From an uncultured Acidobacteriota bacterium (GTDB taxonomy: Bacteria; Acidobacteriota; Thermoanaerobaculia; Multivoradales; UBA5704): a stretch of DNA of 64,000 nt. The notes under the pieces are model-generated. The model was given only the letters and a program-made list of their open reading frames with translations, was not told the DNA's origin and searched no databases. The position numbers were made by a program, and so were the translations under genes. The stretch lies in NCBI GenBank assembly GCA_963770895.1, contig CAVYRF010000002.1, forward strand, positions 3,040,001 to 3,104,000, given 5' to 3'. Each line of letters begins with the position of its first letter. Position 1 is the first letter of the stretch. Below are positions 9,088 through 17,786 of this stretch, in pieces.

Positions 9088-9525
9088 ATGACCCCTTCCT
9101 CCAACCAAACCGCCGCGGATGACCCCGGCACGCGCGTCGCGGCGGCGTTGCGCGACATGGCGCGCCAGCAGCCGATCGTGCTGGCCGTCAGCGGCGACTG
9201 CATGGCGCCGGTGCTGCGCCACGGCGACCGCGTGCAGGTGGCGCCGGCGCGCCGCTACTGGCCGGGCGACATCGTGGCGCTGCCGACGGCGCAGGGGCGG
9301 GTGGCGGTGCACCGGTTGCTCGGCTACCGGCTGGCCGCGGGGCGCTGGCTGTGCGTGACGCGCGGCGACCTGTGCGCCAGCCCCGACGCGCCGCTGCCGG
9401 CGCGGCTGCTGCTGGGGCGGGCCAGCGTGCGCCCGTCGCTCGCCGCGCGGGTCCGGGCCGTCGCGGCGTTCGCCGCTCTCGCGTTTGCCGCCGCCCGGCG
9501 CCGGGCGGCGGGTCGCCCGGCGTGA
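9088..9525 (+). CDS. S24/S26 peptidase-like protein
   Basis: V.GDCM.P.L..GD.V, GDIV, VHRL, TRGD motifs. Confidence 0.75.
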   Translation: MTPSSNQTAADDPGTRVAAALRDMARQQPIVLAVSGDCMAPVLRHGDRVQVAPARRYWPGDIVALPTAQGRVAVHRLLGYRLAAGRWLCVTRGDLCASPDAPLPARLLLGRASVRPSLAARVRAVAAFAALAFAAARRRAAGRPA

Positions 9526-10445
9526 GCTTCGGCGCCAAATACCTGCGGCGTCCCGATCGCTTCCCGCACGTCGAGGACAGCGAGCCGTGGGGCGAATGCC
9601 AGGTGGCGCTCGACCTGCCGGGCGGTCCCTACCACTTCACCGGTCTTTCGGCGGCGCAGCTGGATGGCGTGCGGGCGGCGTTCCCCGGCGCCGTCGCGGC
9701 GGGTGCTGCCGCCGGCGCGACGGCCCCCTGCCGGCTGCTGCGTGCCGCCGCCGGCGACTTCCTGCCGGTCGACACGCGCGGCTGGGAGTACGCCATGGAT
9801 GCCGACTGGCAGCCCCAGGCGGTGCGGTTCGCGGGGCTGGGGCTGCTGGCGCGGCTGGATTGGAAGCCGGGCTTGACGGGCGGCGCGCTGTGGACCTGCG
9901 AGGACGGCGGCGCGCGCTTTCCGGGCGTGTTCGAAAACTTCCTGCGCATCCTGGTCGCCTACCGCCTGGTGGAGATCGGCGGTGTCGTGCTGCACAGCGC
10001 GGGGGTGGTCAAGAACGGCGCGGCGTTCCTGTTTCTGGGGCGCTCCGGCGCCGGCAAGACCACCATTTCGCGGCTCAGCCTGGCGCGCGGCGGCGAGGTG
10101 CTGAGCGACGACCTCAACGCCCTGTTCCCCGCCCCCGGCGGCTGCGAGGTGCGCCAGCTGCCCTTCACCGGCGACCTGGGGGAGCGCGGCGCGGTGCGGC
10201 GGGCGGTGCCCCTGGGCGCGCTGGTGCGGCTCGAGCAGGACACCCTGGACGCGGTGTCGCCGCTGCCGCGGGCGCGCGCGCTGGCCTGCCTGCTGGCCTG
10301 CTCGCCGTTCGTCAACGTCGATCCCTACCGGCGCGATCGCCTGGAGGGAGCCCTGCTCGCCCTGCTCGCCGCCGCCCGCCGCCCGGCGCTCGCGCTGCGC
10401 TTCTCGTTGGGCGGTGGCTTCTGGTCTATAATCGACGCAAAATGA
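9522..10445 (+). CDS. HPr kinase-related P-loop protein
   Basis: GTG overlaps the previous stop; LHSAGV...FLGRSGAGKTT...LSDD is the HprK-like signature. Confidence 0.8.
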   Translation: MSFGAKYLRRPDRFPHVEDSEPWGECQVALDLPGGPYHFTGLSAAQLDGVRAAFPGAVAAGAAAGATAPCRLLRAAAGDFLPVDTRGWEYAMDADWQPQAVRFAGLGLLARLDWKPGLTGGALWTCEDGGARFPGVFENFLRILVAYRLVEIGGVVLHSAGVVKNGAAFLFLGRSGAGKTTISRLSLARGGEVLSDDLNALFPAPGGCEVRQLPFTGDLGERGAVRRAVPLGALVRLEQDTLDAVSPLPRARALACLLACSPFVNVDPYRRDRLEGALLALLAAARRPALALRFSLGGGFWSIIDAK

Positions 10446-10819
10446 AGCAGATCGAAGGTTTAGGCTTGCAACCCGACAGCGTTCTCCAGCGCTCGGGCGA
10501 TGTGCGCTTTCGCGTCGTCGACGACGAAGGGGTGGTGGTGCGCCAGGCGGCGGGCGAAGTGCTGGTGCTCAACGCCATGGCAACCCGCATCCTGGCCCTT
10601 GCCGACGGCGTCGCGCCGGTCGACGCGTGGGTCCAGGCCCTGCTCGCCGAGTACGACGTGGACCGTCAGGTGCTGCAACGGGACGTGCTCGCCTTTGCCG
10701 CGGAGCTGCTGGAGGAGGGCATGCTGGAACCCGCCGCCGCCCCCGCCAGCCCGCCGCCTGCGACAATGGCGACGGCGCCCGGTGCCGGGGCAGGCCCGAC
10801 GCATAAGGACGGCGCATGA
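10442..10819 (+). CDS. PqqD family / RiPP recognition element protein
   Basis: ATG overlaps the previous stop; FRVVDDEGVVV...LN..ATRIL.L.DG...L.AEYDV....L.RDV..F...L...G.L. Confidence 0.88.
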   Translation: MKQIEGLGLQPDSVLQRSGDVRFRVVDDEGVVVRQAAGEVLVLNAMATRILALADGVAPVDAWVQALLAEYDVDRQVLQRDVLAFAAELLEEGMLEPAAAPASPPPATMATAPGAGAGPTHKDGA

Positions 10820-11949
10820 GCTTTCAAGACGTGCTGCAGCGCACCTGGACCGGCAACCACCTGTTTTCGGTTCTGGTGGAGCTGACCTATCGCTGCAACC
10901 TCGACTGCTTCTTCTGCTACAACGACCTGGCACAGCGCGGCAAGCCGCTGTCGGCGGCACAATATTGCTCATTCTTCGCCGACCTGCGCGATCTGCAGGT
11001 GCTCAACCTCACCCTCACCGGCGGTGAGCCGCTGGCGCATCCGGACTTTCTACAGCTGGGCGCCAAGGCGCGCGAGCTGGGCTTCGTGGTGCGCATCAAG
11101 TCGAACGGTCATTCGCTGCGCGGCGCCATGGCGCGCCGCATCCGCGACCAGGTCGATCCCTTTCTGATCGAAGTCAGCCTGCATGGCGCGACGGCGGCGA
11201 CGCACGACCGCCAGACGCGGGTGCCGGGGAGCTTCGATCGATTGCTGGCCAACCTGCGCGCGGCGCGGCGCCTGGGGCTGCGCCTCAAGATCAACTCCAC
11301 GATGACGGCGTGGAACGAGCACGAAGTCGAAGGCATGCTGGCGCTGGCCGACGATCTGGGGCTGCCGCTGCAAATAGATCCCGAGGTGACGCAGCGCGAC
11401 GACGGCGGCCGCGAGCCGCTGGCGATCACCGCGTCCCACGCCGGCGTGCAGCGCCTGTTCGAGCTGCTGGCGGCCAGGGCCGAGGGCGCCGCGGTCCAGG
11501 ACGCCTCCGGCGCAACGTCCCCCGCGCCCAGGCCGGCGGGCGCTCCGGTCGAGCTCATGCGCCAGGCCGACGACGGGTTGCCGACGGGCGGGGTCGACAA
11601 GCACTGCGGCGCCGGTTCCTCGGGCATCGCCGTCGATCCGTTCGGCAACGTCTACCCCTGCGTGCAGTGGCGGCGGCCGGTCGGCAATCTCCATGAGCGC
11701 TCGATCCGCGACATCTGGGCCAGCTCAGCCGGCCTGGACCAGGTGCGCGCCTTGACGGTTGCCGCCAAGCAGCGGGTCGACGAATTTGGCGAGGGGGGGG
11801 CGCTGCTGGCGTTCTGTCCGGGCAACGCCGCGGCGTTGACCGGCGATCCGCTGCAAATCTATCCGGGGGCGCTGCGCCGGATGGAGATCGCCTCCGCGGC
11901 GCAACAGGCGATCAAAGCCAGACGGGCGCTGCTGCCGATCCTGCGCTGA
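10816..11949 (+). CDS. Radical SAM protein with a SPASM/Twitch-type C-terminal domain (putative peptide maturase)
   Basis: ELTYRCNLDCFFCY (CxxxCxxC), TGGEP, CGAG...VDP.GNVYPC...GNL. Confidence 0.92.
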   Translation: MSFQDVLQRTWTGNHLFSVLVELTYRCNLDCFFCYNDLAQRGKPLSAAQYCSFFADLRDLQVLNLTLTGGEPLAHPDFLQLGAKARELGFVVRIKSNGHSLRGAMARRIRDQVDPFLIEVSLHGATAATHDRQTRVPGSFDRLLANLRAARRLGLRLKINSTMTAWNEHEVEGMLALADDLGLPLQIDPEVTQRDDGGREPLAITASHAGVQRLFELLAARAEGAAVQDASGATSPAPRPAGAPVELMRQADDGLPTGGVDKHCGAGSSGIAVDPFGNVYPCVQWRRPVGNLHERSIRDIWASSAGLDQVRALTVAAKQRVDEFGEGGALLAFCPGNAAALTGDPLQIYPGALRRMEIASAAQQAIKARRALLPILR

Positions 11950-11981
11950 CCGGCGGCGCAGCAGCAGGGTCTGGCTGCACT

Positions 11982-12158
11982 TCAGGACGAAATAGGGCCG
12001 GTGGGGCAGTGGCCGCGGTCCGCCTTGGCCGGCGGCGACGGGCTGCAGATGGACGCCATGGCCTCCAACGGCTCGCGAAACAGGATGCGCGGCGGAGCAT
12101 AGGGACGGCGCGCGCTGGTCCCGTCGGTCTCCGCTGCCGGGTGCTGTCTGGAGATCAT
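11982..12158 (-). CDS. Candidate RiPP precursor with a YxxP RRE-binding leader (58 aa)
   Basis: MISRQHPAAETDGTSARRPYAPPRILFREPLEAMASICSPSPPAKADRGHCPTGPISS; convergent with the rSAM gene; purine-rich RBS; TATAAT on the minus strand at 12247-12252. Confidence 0.72.
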   Translation of the reverse strand: MISRQHPAAETDGTSARRPYAPPRILFREPLEAMASICSPSPPAKADRGHCPTGPISS

Positions 12159-12433
12159 CTGTTGCTTCCCCTTCGCTCGCTCTCGGGCGATGTCAATAGC
12201 GCGCCACCTTGACGAAACTGGTTTGGTCCCGGAGCCTGCGCGGACCATTATATGTCATATGTGCCGTCCATGCAGCCACTTTCAGGTCCATGGCCGATGC
12301 ATGCAAAAATGCAATATTAACGATCTTTTGTGTCGCCGCGCCGGCGCGCGGTCACCACCAGTACGCGGCAGCGCCGCGCCGCGGATGGCGCCCGGGCGGG
12401 AGCTTGACCGCTGCGCTGCGATCACGCCGCACC

Positions 12434-13846
12434 TCAGACGCCGCGCGACGACAGGACGATCCGCACCGTGCGCAGCAAGATCGAAAGGTCGAGCCATAGC
12501 GTCCAATTGGCGGCGTACGCCAGGTCGTAGCGCAGCTTGTTCTGCGGGCTTGAGTGGTATTCGCCGTTGACCTGCGCCAGACCGGTGAGCCCCGGCGCGA
12601 GCGAAAAGCGCTCGGCGTAGCCGGGGATCTCCTTGACATAGCGCTGCACGAACCCGGGCCGCTCGGGGCGCGGCCCCACCAGGCTCATGCTGCCCGCCAG
12701 GACGTTCCACAGCTGCGGGATCTCGTCCAGGCGGAAGCGCCGCAACAAGGCGCCGCAGGGGGTGAGCCGCGGATCGCCGGGTTGCGCCAGCACCTCGCCG
12801 GAGTCGGCTTCGGCGTCGATGCGCATCGTCCGCAGCTTGAGCAGGGTGAAGGGGCGCTGGCCGCGGCCGACACGCACCTGGGCGTACACCACCGGCCCCG
12901 GCGAGGTGAGCCGCACCGCCAGCGCACAGGCGGCCAGCACGGGGACGGCGGCGGCCAGCAGCAACCCCCCCGCCGTCAGGTCGAGCAGGCGCTTGAGCGG
13001 CCAGTTGATCCGCCACTCCGATTCGCGCACCACCTCGATCAGCGGCAGGTCGTGCACCCAGCGGTAGCGCATGCGGCCGATGAGGCTTTCGAAGGGCCCC
13101 GGCAGCAGCAATACGTTGGTGTGATCGGGCCGCGTTCCGGCCAGGGCGTCGATCAGCCGCGTCTGCCACGAGTCGCCGCTGTCGGCAAGGATGATGTCTT
13201 CGACGATGCCCGCGGCCAGCAGGTTGGGCAGGTCGTCCGCCGTTCCCAAAAGCGGTCCCAGGGCAGGCTCGACGGGATCGACAGCGGCGCGAGCGGCCGC
13301 CGGCGGCTGGCCCGGCAGCGGCACGAAGCCGGCGACGGTGAGCCCGTGCCAGCGGTACTTGGCCAGGGTGCGGGCGATCTCGCCGGCCGCCTGCCCGTCG
13401 CCGACGATCGCGACCCGCCGTTCGCGCAGCTGGCTGCTGCGGTCGATGACGCTGCGCCAGAGCAACAGCGCCGCCAGGTCGAACAGCACGTACAGCAGCA
13501 GCACCGAGCGCGGGAAGCTGCGGAAGGTAAAAAAGAAGTAGCCGGTGAGCGCGGCGCCCTGGATCGCCGCGGCGCCGGCGAGCAGGCGCAGCGCCTCGGT
13601 GCGTGAGCGCGGGTGCGGCCTGTCGTAGAAACCGAAAAAGTAGAGGCTGGCGAACTGCGCCAGCAGCGCGACCCCCCAGTCGCGGCGCAGGAACAGCAAC
13701 CGGTCGCCGGGCAGCAGCCCGGCGGTGAACGGCAGCGGCAGGTGGATGCGGACCCAGAACGCGGCGCCAAACGCCGCGGCCGTGGCCGCCGCGTCGCCGA
13801 TCGCGCGCAGGACCTGCTTGCCGCGGCTTTCTCGCCGCAGGCTCAT
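12434..13846 (-). CDS. Exopolysaccharide priming polyprenyl glycosylphosphotransferase (sugar transferase)
   Basis: N-terminal TMs, CoA-binding-like middle region, KRLLD, KLRTM, LDEIPQLWNVL.GSMSLVGPRPERP, PGLTGLAQV, YD. Confidence 0.95.
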   Translation of the reverse strand: MSLRRESRGKQVLRAIGDAAATAAAFGAAFWVRIHLPLPFTAGLLPGDRLLFLRRDWGVALLAQFASLYFFGFYDRPHPRSRTEALRLLAGAAAIQGAALTGYFFFTFRSFPRSVLLLYVLFDLAALLLWRSVIDRSSQLRERRVAIVGDGQAAGEIARTLAKYRWHGLTVAGFVPLPGQPPAAARAAVDPVEPALGPLLGTADDLPNLLAAGIVEDIILADSGDSWQTRLIDALAGTRPDHTNVLLLPGPFESLIGRMRYRWVHDLPLIEVVRESEWRINWPLKRLLDLTAGGLLLAAAVPVLAACALAVRLTSPGPVVYAQVRVGRGQRPFTLLKLRTMRIDAEADSGEVLAQPGDPRLTPCGALLRRFRLDEIPQLWNVLAGSMSLVGPRPERPGFVQRYVKEIPGYAERFSLAPGLTGLAQVNGEYHSSPQNKLRYDLAYAANWTLWLDLSILLRTVRIVLSSRGV

Positions 13847-13975
13847 CGGCGCCGACCTTTGCCCATTGGCACAACTCTATCCGATCTCGCCGCTTGACCC
13901 TGGCGGCGGTGCGCAGTAGTCTGCCCCCGCAACCGCCTGTCTGGCCGTGCCGCCTGCCTTCCAGCACTTCGAACG

Positions 13976-14926
13976 ATGAAAGTCATCGACCACCTGGCGC
14001 GATCGCAGCGCCCGCTGATCAGCTTCGAGATCATCCCGCCGCTGCGCGGCGGCAACGTGCGGCCGCTGCTGGCCCTGGTCGACGACCTGGTGAAGTACCG
14101 GCCGCCGTTCATCGACATCACCAGCCATGCGGCGGAGGTGATCTACGAAGAAACGCCCAAGGGTATCCAGCGCCGGGTCAAGCGCAAGCGGCCGGGCACC
14201 CTGGGGGTGTGCGCGCTGCTGCAGAACAAATACCAGATCGACGCCGTGCCGCACATCCTCTGCCAGGGGTTTTCCCGCGAGGAGACCGAGGACTTTCTGA
14301 TCGAGCTCAAGTACCTGGGCATCGACAACGTCCTGGCGGTGCGCGGCGACGACAGCGGCTACGAGAAGCCGCTGCATCACGGCCGCAGCGCCAACCATTT
14401 TGCCTGCGACCTGGTGGCGCAGATCGCGGCGATGAATCAGGGCCGCTACCTGGAAGAGGACCTGATGGACGCCGAGCCTTCCGACTTCTGCGTCGGCGTC
14501 GGCGGCTATCCCGAAAAGCACTTCGAAGCGCCCAACCTGCGCCTGGACGCGCGGCGGGTCAAGGAGAAGCTGGACGCCGGCGGCCACTACGTGGTCACCC
14601 AGATGTTTTTCGACAATCAGTATTTCTTTCGCTTCGTCGAGCTCTGCCGCGAGCTCGGCGTGACGGCGCCGATCATCCCCGGCCTCAAGGTGCTCAGCGC
14701 GCACAAACAGCTGTCCACCCTGCCGAGCAACTTCCACGTCGAGATCCCCGCCGCCCTGTCGGACGAAGTGATGGCGGCGCCGCCCGAACGCACCCTGGAC
14801 ATCGGCGTCGAATGGGCGCGCCGGCAGGTCGAGGAGCTGCTGTCGCGCGGCGTGCCCTCGGTGCACTTCTACGTCATGCAGAGCGCCACCGCGATCAAGC
14901 GGCTGCTGGACAAGATCGACCTGTGA
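13976..14926 (+). CDS. metF: 5,10-methylenetetrahydrofolate reductase
   Basis: SFEIIPP, LAVRGD, GGYPEKH, K.DAG...VTQMFFDN, HFY. Confidence 0.93.
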   Translation: MKVIDHLARSQRPLISFEIIPPLRGGNVRPLLALVDDLVKYRPPFIDITSHAAEVIYEETPKGIQRRVKRKRPGTLGVCALLQNKYQIDAVPHILCQGFSREETEDFLIELKYLGIDNVLAVRGDDSGYEKPLHHGRSANHFACDLVAQIAAMNQGRYLEEDLMDAEPSDFCVGVGGYPEKHFEAPNLRLDARRVKEKLDAGGHYVVTQMFFDNQYFFRFVELCRELGVTAPIIPGLKVLSAHKQLSTLPSNFHVEIPAALSDEVMAAPPERTLDIGVEWARRQVEELLSRGVPSVHFYVMQSATAIKRLLDKIDL

Positions 14927-14969
14927 TCGGCGGGCGCCCGCGCGCTCGCTCGTCCGCTGACAGGATTCG

Positions 14970-15641
14970 CTAGCGGTACAGGCGCGCGCCGCGCTGCAGC
15001 TCCTCCACCCAGACCAGCTCGCAGGCCCCCGGCCCGGTGTCCTCGCGGGTCAGCGACGTGGCCCAGCGGAAGCCGCGGTCGCTTTCGACGTCCACCAGCA
15101 GGCCGCGCACGTGCACGCTGTCGCCGGAGCCGACGTGCGCCAGGGCGCGCGCCAGGTTGCGCGTGGCCGGGATCATGTGCATGTTGGCCGAATGGGTGGC
15201 GATGTAGTGCAGGTCGAGGCTGCCGTCGTGGGTGCGCCAGAAATAGAAGCGCGCCATCTGGGAGTACGAAACCTTGCCGCGGTAGGGTTCCAGCGGCAGC
15301 TGGCCCCAGGTCATCACCAGGTCCACCGGCACCAGGAAGGCGCCCGCGTCCAGGCTGTAGGGTTCGGCCGCGGCAACCACCGCGGCGATGTCGAACGCCG
15401 CGCGGGGGCGCACCGTCACTTCGCCGCTGCCGGTCGGCACGACGAAGGCCACGCGTTCGGTGTCCGTTTGCAGCGGCTCGCGCTGCCACTCGATCGGCGC
15501 ATCGGTCGGCACCGATCCGGCGGGCAGGGCGAACCCGCAGCCGCCGGCAGCCAGCCCGGCAAGAGCGGTCAGCCCCAGCAGCAGCAGGGCGCCAGCTGAG
15601 CGGGACCGCCGATGGAGCGGGCGGCGGGCGTGGCTGGTCAT
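14970..15641 (-). CDS. Exported hypothetical protein (possible lipoprotein)
   Basis: Hydrophobic stretch followed by AAGGC; conserved-looking PVDL..TWG, HSANMH.IPA, WATSLTREDTG.GACE. Confidence 0.65.
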   Translation of the reverse strand: MTSHARRPLHRRSRSAGALLLLGLTALAGLAAGGCGFALPAGSVPTDAPIEWQREPLQTDTERVAFVVPTGSGEVTVRPRAAFDIAAVVAAAEPYSLDAGAFLVPVDLVMTWGQLPLEPYRGKVSYSQMARFYFWRTHDGSLDLHYIATHSANMHMIPATRNLARALAHVGSGDSVHVRGLLVDVESDRGFRWATSLTREDTGPGACELVWVEELQRGARLYR

Positions 15642-15649
15642 CGGTGAGG

Positions 15650-16087
15650 CTAACGCAGGCGGGCGAGGATTTCGCCCAGGTCCGAGCCGATGCGCTGCAG
15701 CTGGTCGCGGTGGGTGGCGGCGAGCGGCTCGAGCAGCTCGGCGCCGCGCGGCGTGAGGCTGATGAAGACCTGGCGGCGGTCGTCGGCGCCGGGCTGGCGC
15801 ACCAGCAGGCCCTGGGACACCAGGCGATCGATCAGGCCGACGGCGCTGTGGTGGCGGATCTGCAGGCACTCGGCCAGCTCGCTCACCGTCAGGCGGTCGG
15901 CGCCGCCGAAGCCGCGCACGGCCAGCAGCGCCAGGTACTTTTGCGGCGTCACCCCGGCCCGTCGCGCCGCCTCTTCGCTGAAGTGCAGAAACTGCCGCAA
16001 GGCGTAGCGGAAAGCCGCCAGCGTCCGGTATTCCTCGTCGCTCACCGGTCGCGGGCCGGGAGCTGGTTCGCTGCTTCGGGTGCCCAT
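15650..16087 (-). CDS. MarR family transcriptional regulator
   Basis: LA.FRY.LR.FL.FSE, wHTH VSELAE.LQIRHHSAVGLIDRL, D.RQV.ISLT.RG. Confidence 0.9.
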   Translation of the reverse strand: MGTRSSEPAPGPRPVSDEEYRTLAAFRYALRQFLHFSEEAARRAGVTPQKYLALLAVRGFGGADRLTVSELAECLQIRHHSAVGLIDRLVSQGLLVRQPGADDRRQVFISLTPRGAELLEPLAATHRDQLQRIGSDLGEILARLR

Positions 16088-16127
16088 CGTCAGCGGCGGA
16101 TTGTAGCAGTGTCCATGCCAAGATAAT

Positions 16128-16140
16128 ATCGTAATACGAT
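16128..16140. promoter_or_regulatory. Putative MarR operator palindrome ATCGTA-A-TACGAT
   Basis: Perfect 6-1-6 inverted repeat upstream of marR, beside an extended -10 (TGcTACAAT, minus strand, 16100-16108). A near-identical palindrome is at 40818-40830. Confidence 0.65.
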
Positions 16141-16312
16141 GCAAATGAGGCAAGAGGGCGGAGGCCACGGGGCCGTGCGCGCTCTGGCGCGCGCCCCTGA
16201 CGGCAAGCTGACCGTGTTGGAGGCGGGCAGCGCCGAACCGCTGGCCGCCCTGGAGCGCCGCCTCACCGAAGAAGAGGTCCGCCAGCCCGGCTGGCTGCGC
16301 CGCCGCGGCTGA
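16139..16312 (+). pseudogene. 57-codon ORF, probable remnant of a ClC-CBS channel C-terminus
   Basis: Ends ...LAALERRLTEEEVRQPGWLRRRG, resembling the tail of the intact ClC here (RARVHLYEEENLRERG); divergent from marR. Confidence 0.4.
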
Positions 16313-16330
16313 GGGCGGGAGCAGGGCGCT

Positions 16331-17370
16331 CTACGCGGTGCGGCGCAGGATCGCGCCGGAGGCGAAGCCGGCGCCAAAGGCCACGTCGATTTCGAAAGGC
16401 TTTGCCGGGTCGCTCGCGCGGGTGCCAGGGTTTCGTAATAACCGATCGGAATCGAAGCGGTCGAGGTGTTGCCATAGCGCGCGATGCCGTCGGTATAGAC
16501 CCTTTCCATCGGCACGCCCAGCTTTTTGCTGACCGCCTCGATGATGCGAAAGTTAGCCTGGTGGGGAAACAGGTAGCTCACGTCGTCCAGGCTGATCGCG
16601 GTCTGCCGCGCGTGGTTGTATTTGGCGATCACCGCCAGGATGTCGTTGACCATCGTCTTGACCGCGACCGGGAAGACCCGCGGCCCGTCCATGTGCAGGT
16701 AGGGCCGCACGCCCTGATCGCGGTGCGAGAAAGTGTGGTCGCCGTCGTGCTGGCATTCCAGCACCGGGTCGCTGTACAGCAGATCGCCGTAGCGGCCGTC
16801 GGCATGGGTGTGGATGGCCTCGATGCCGCCCGCCGGGACGGCGCCCATGACCACCGCGCCGGCGCCGTCACCGAGCACCACGCAGGTCGTGCGGTCGCTC
16901 CAGTCGGTGATGTGCGACAGGCCGTCGACGCCGACGACAAGGCACAGGAGGTCGCGGCCGTGCACCTCCCGCTCGACGTAAATCTTGTTGTAGGCCTCTT
17001 CCACGGCGTAGATGAATCCGGCGCAACCGGCGCTGACGTCGGCGGCGGCGGCGGTTTCGGCGCCGAGCTCCCGCTGCAGCTGCGTCGCCAGGCTGGGAAA
17101 CCGCATCCAGGTGTTGACCGCCACCCTGATGTCACCGATCCGGCTGGCGTCGATCCCGGCGTCGGCGATGGCCTGCCGCGCCGCCGACACCGCCATGCCG
17201 AGGATGGTTTCCTGCGGTCCCAGGACGCGCCGCTCGCGAATGCCGGTGCGGCGCTGGATCCAGGCGTCGCTGGTATTGACCAGCCGTTCGAGATCGGTGT
17301 TGGTGAGCGTTGCGCCGGGAACCCAGCGCCCATGGCCTAGGTAACCGATGTGAAACGCCGCGCGCGGCAT
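16331..17370 (-). CDS. fabH: 3-oxoacyl-ACP synthase III (FabH family), frameshifted near the 3' end
   Basis: TSDAWI..RTGIRERR, AGCAGF, GDGAGA, PHQAN, GNTSTAS. The conserved VAFGAGF tail and stop (16331) are in another frame after about 16430. Confidence 0.85.
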
Positions 17371-17786
17371 GGAATCCTCCTTGAGCCCGCTTCGCCCCTT
17401 GCCGACGGTTCGGCGCGAGACGCGTTGATCGACGTCCGCATACAGCGCTGCGCCATGAGGGTTTCTCGCATTCTATACGTGTCCGGGCCGGACGGTAGTG
17501 CTCGCCTCCTCCTCCGGTCGTGTCCTCACTCCGTGTTGGTGGCGAAGGCGCCGGGCGGCGGTGGGGGCGGAGGGCGGGACGGTGGCCGCTGCGGGAGCAG
17601 ATGCCGGGGAGGTTGGCGGCCGGTCGGCCCTGGTGCCGCCGCCGGACCGGCGCCGGCTTGAGGCGGATGCATTGTCGTGGCGCGCAGGAAGTTCCAGCCT
17701 GCGCGCCACAACTGGATGGCCGGCGTCCACGGTACCGCGCCCGGCTGGCGCGATTTGCGGCTTGATCTGAGTGCGGCTGGCGCGCT

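Noticed and set aside
5117-12158. Calling the cassette a lasso peptide or PQQ cluster
   Set aside because: No asparagine-synthetase-like cyclase, transglutaminase-like B2 or PqqB/C is in the window, and the precursor has no PqqA ExxxY motif.
16090-16330. Extended FabH C-terminus given by the ORF track
   Set aside because: It results from the frameshift. The conserved tail ends at 16331 in another frame.
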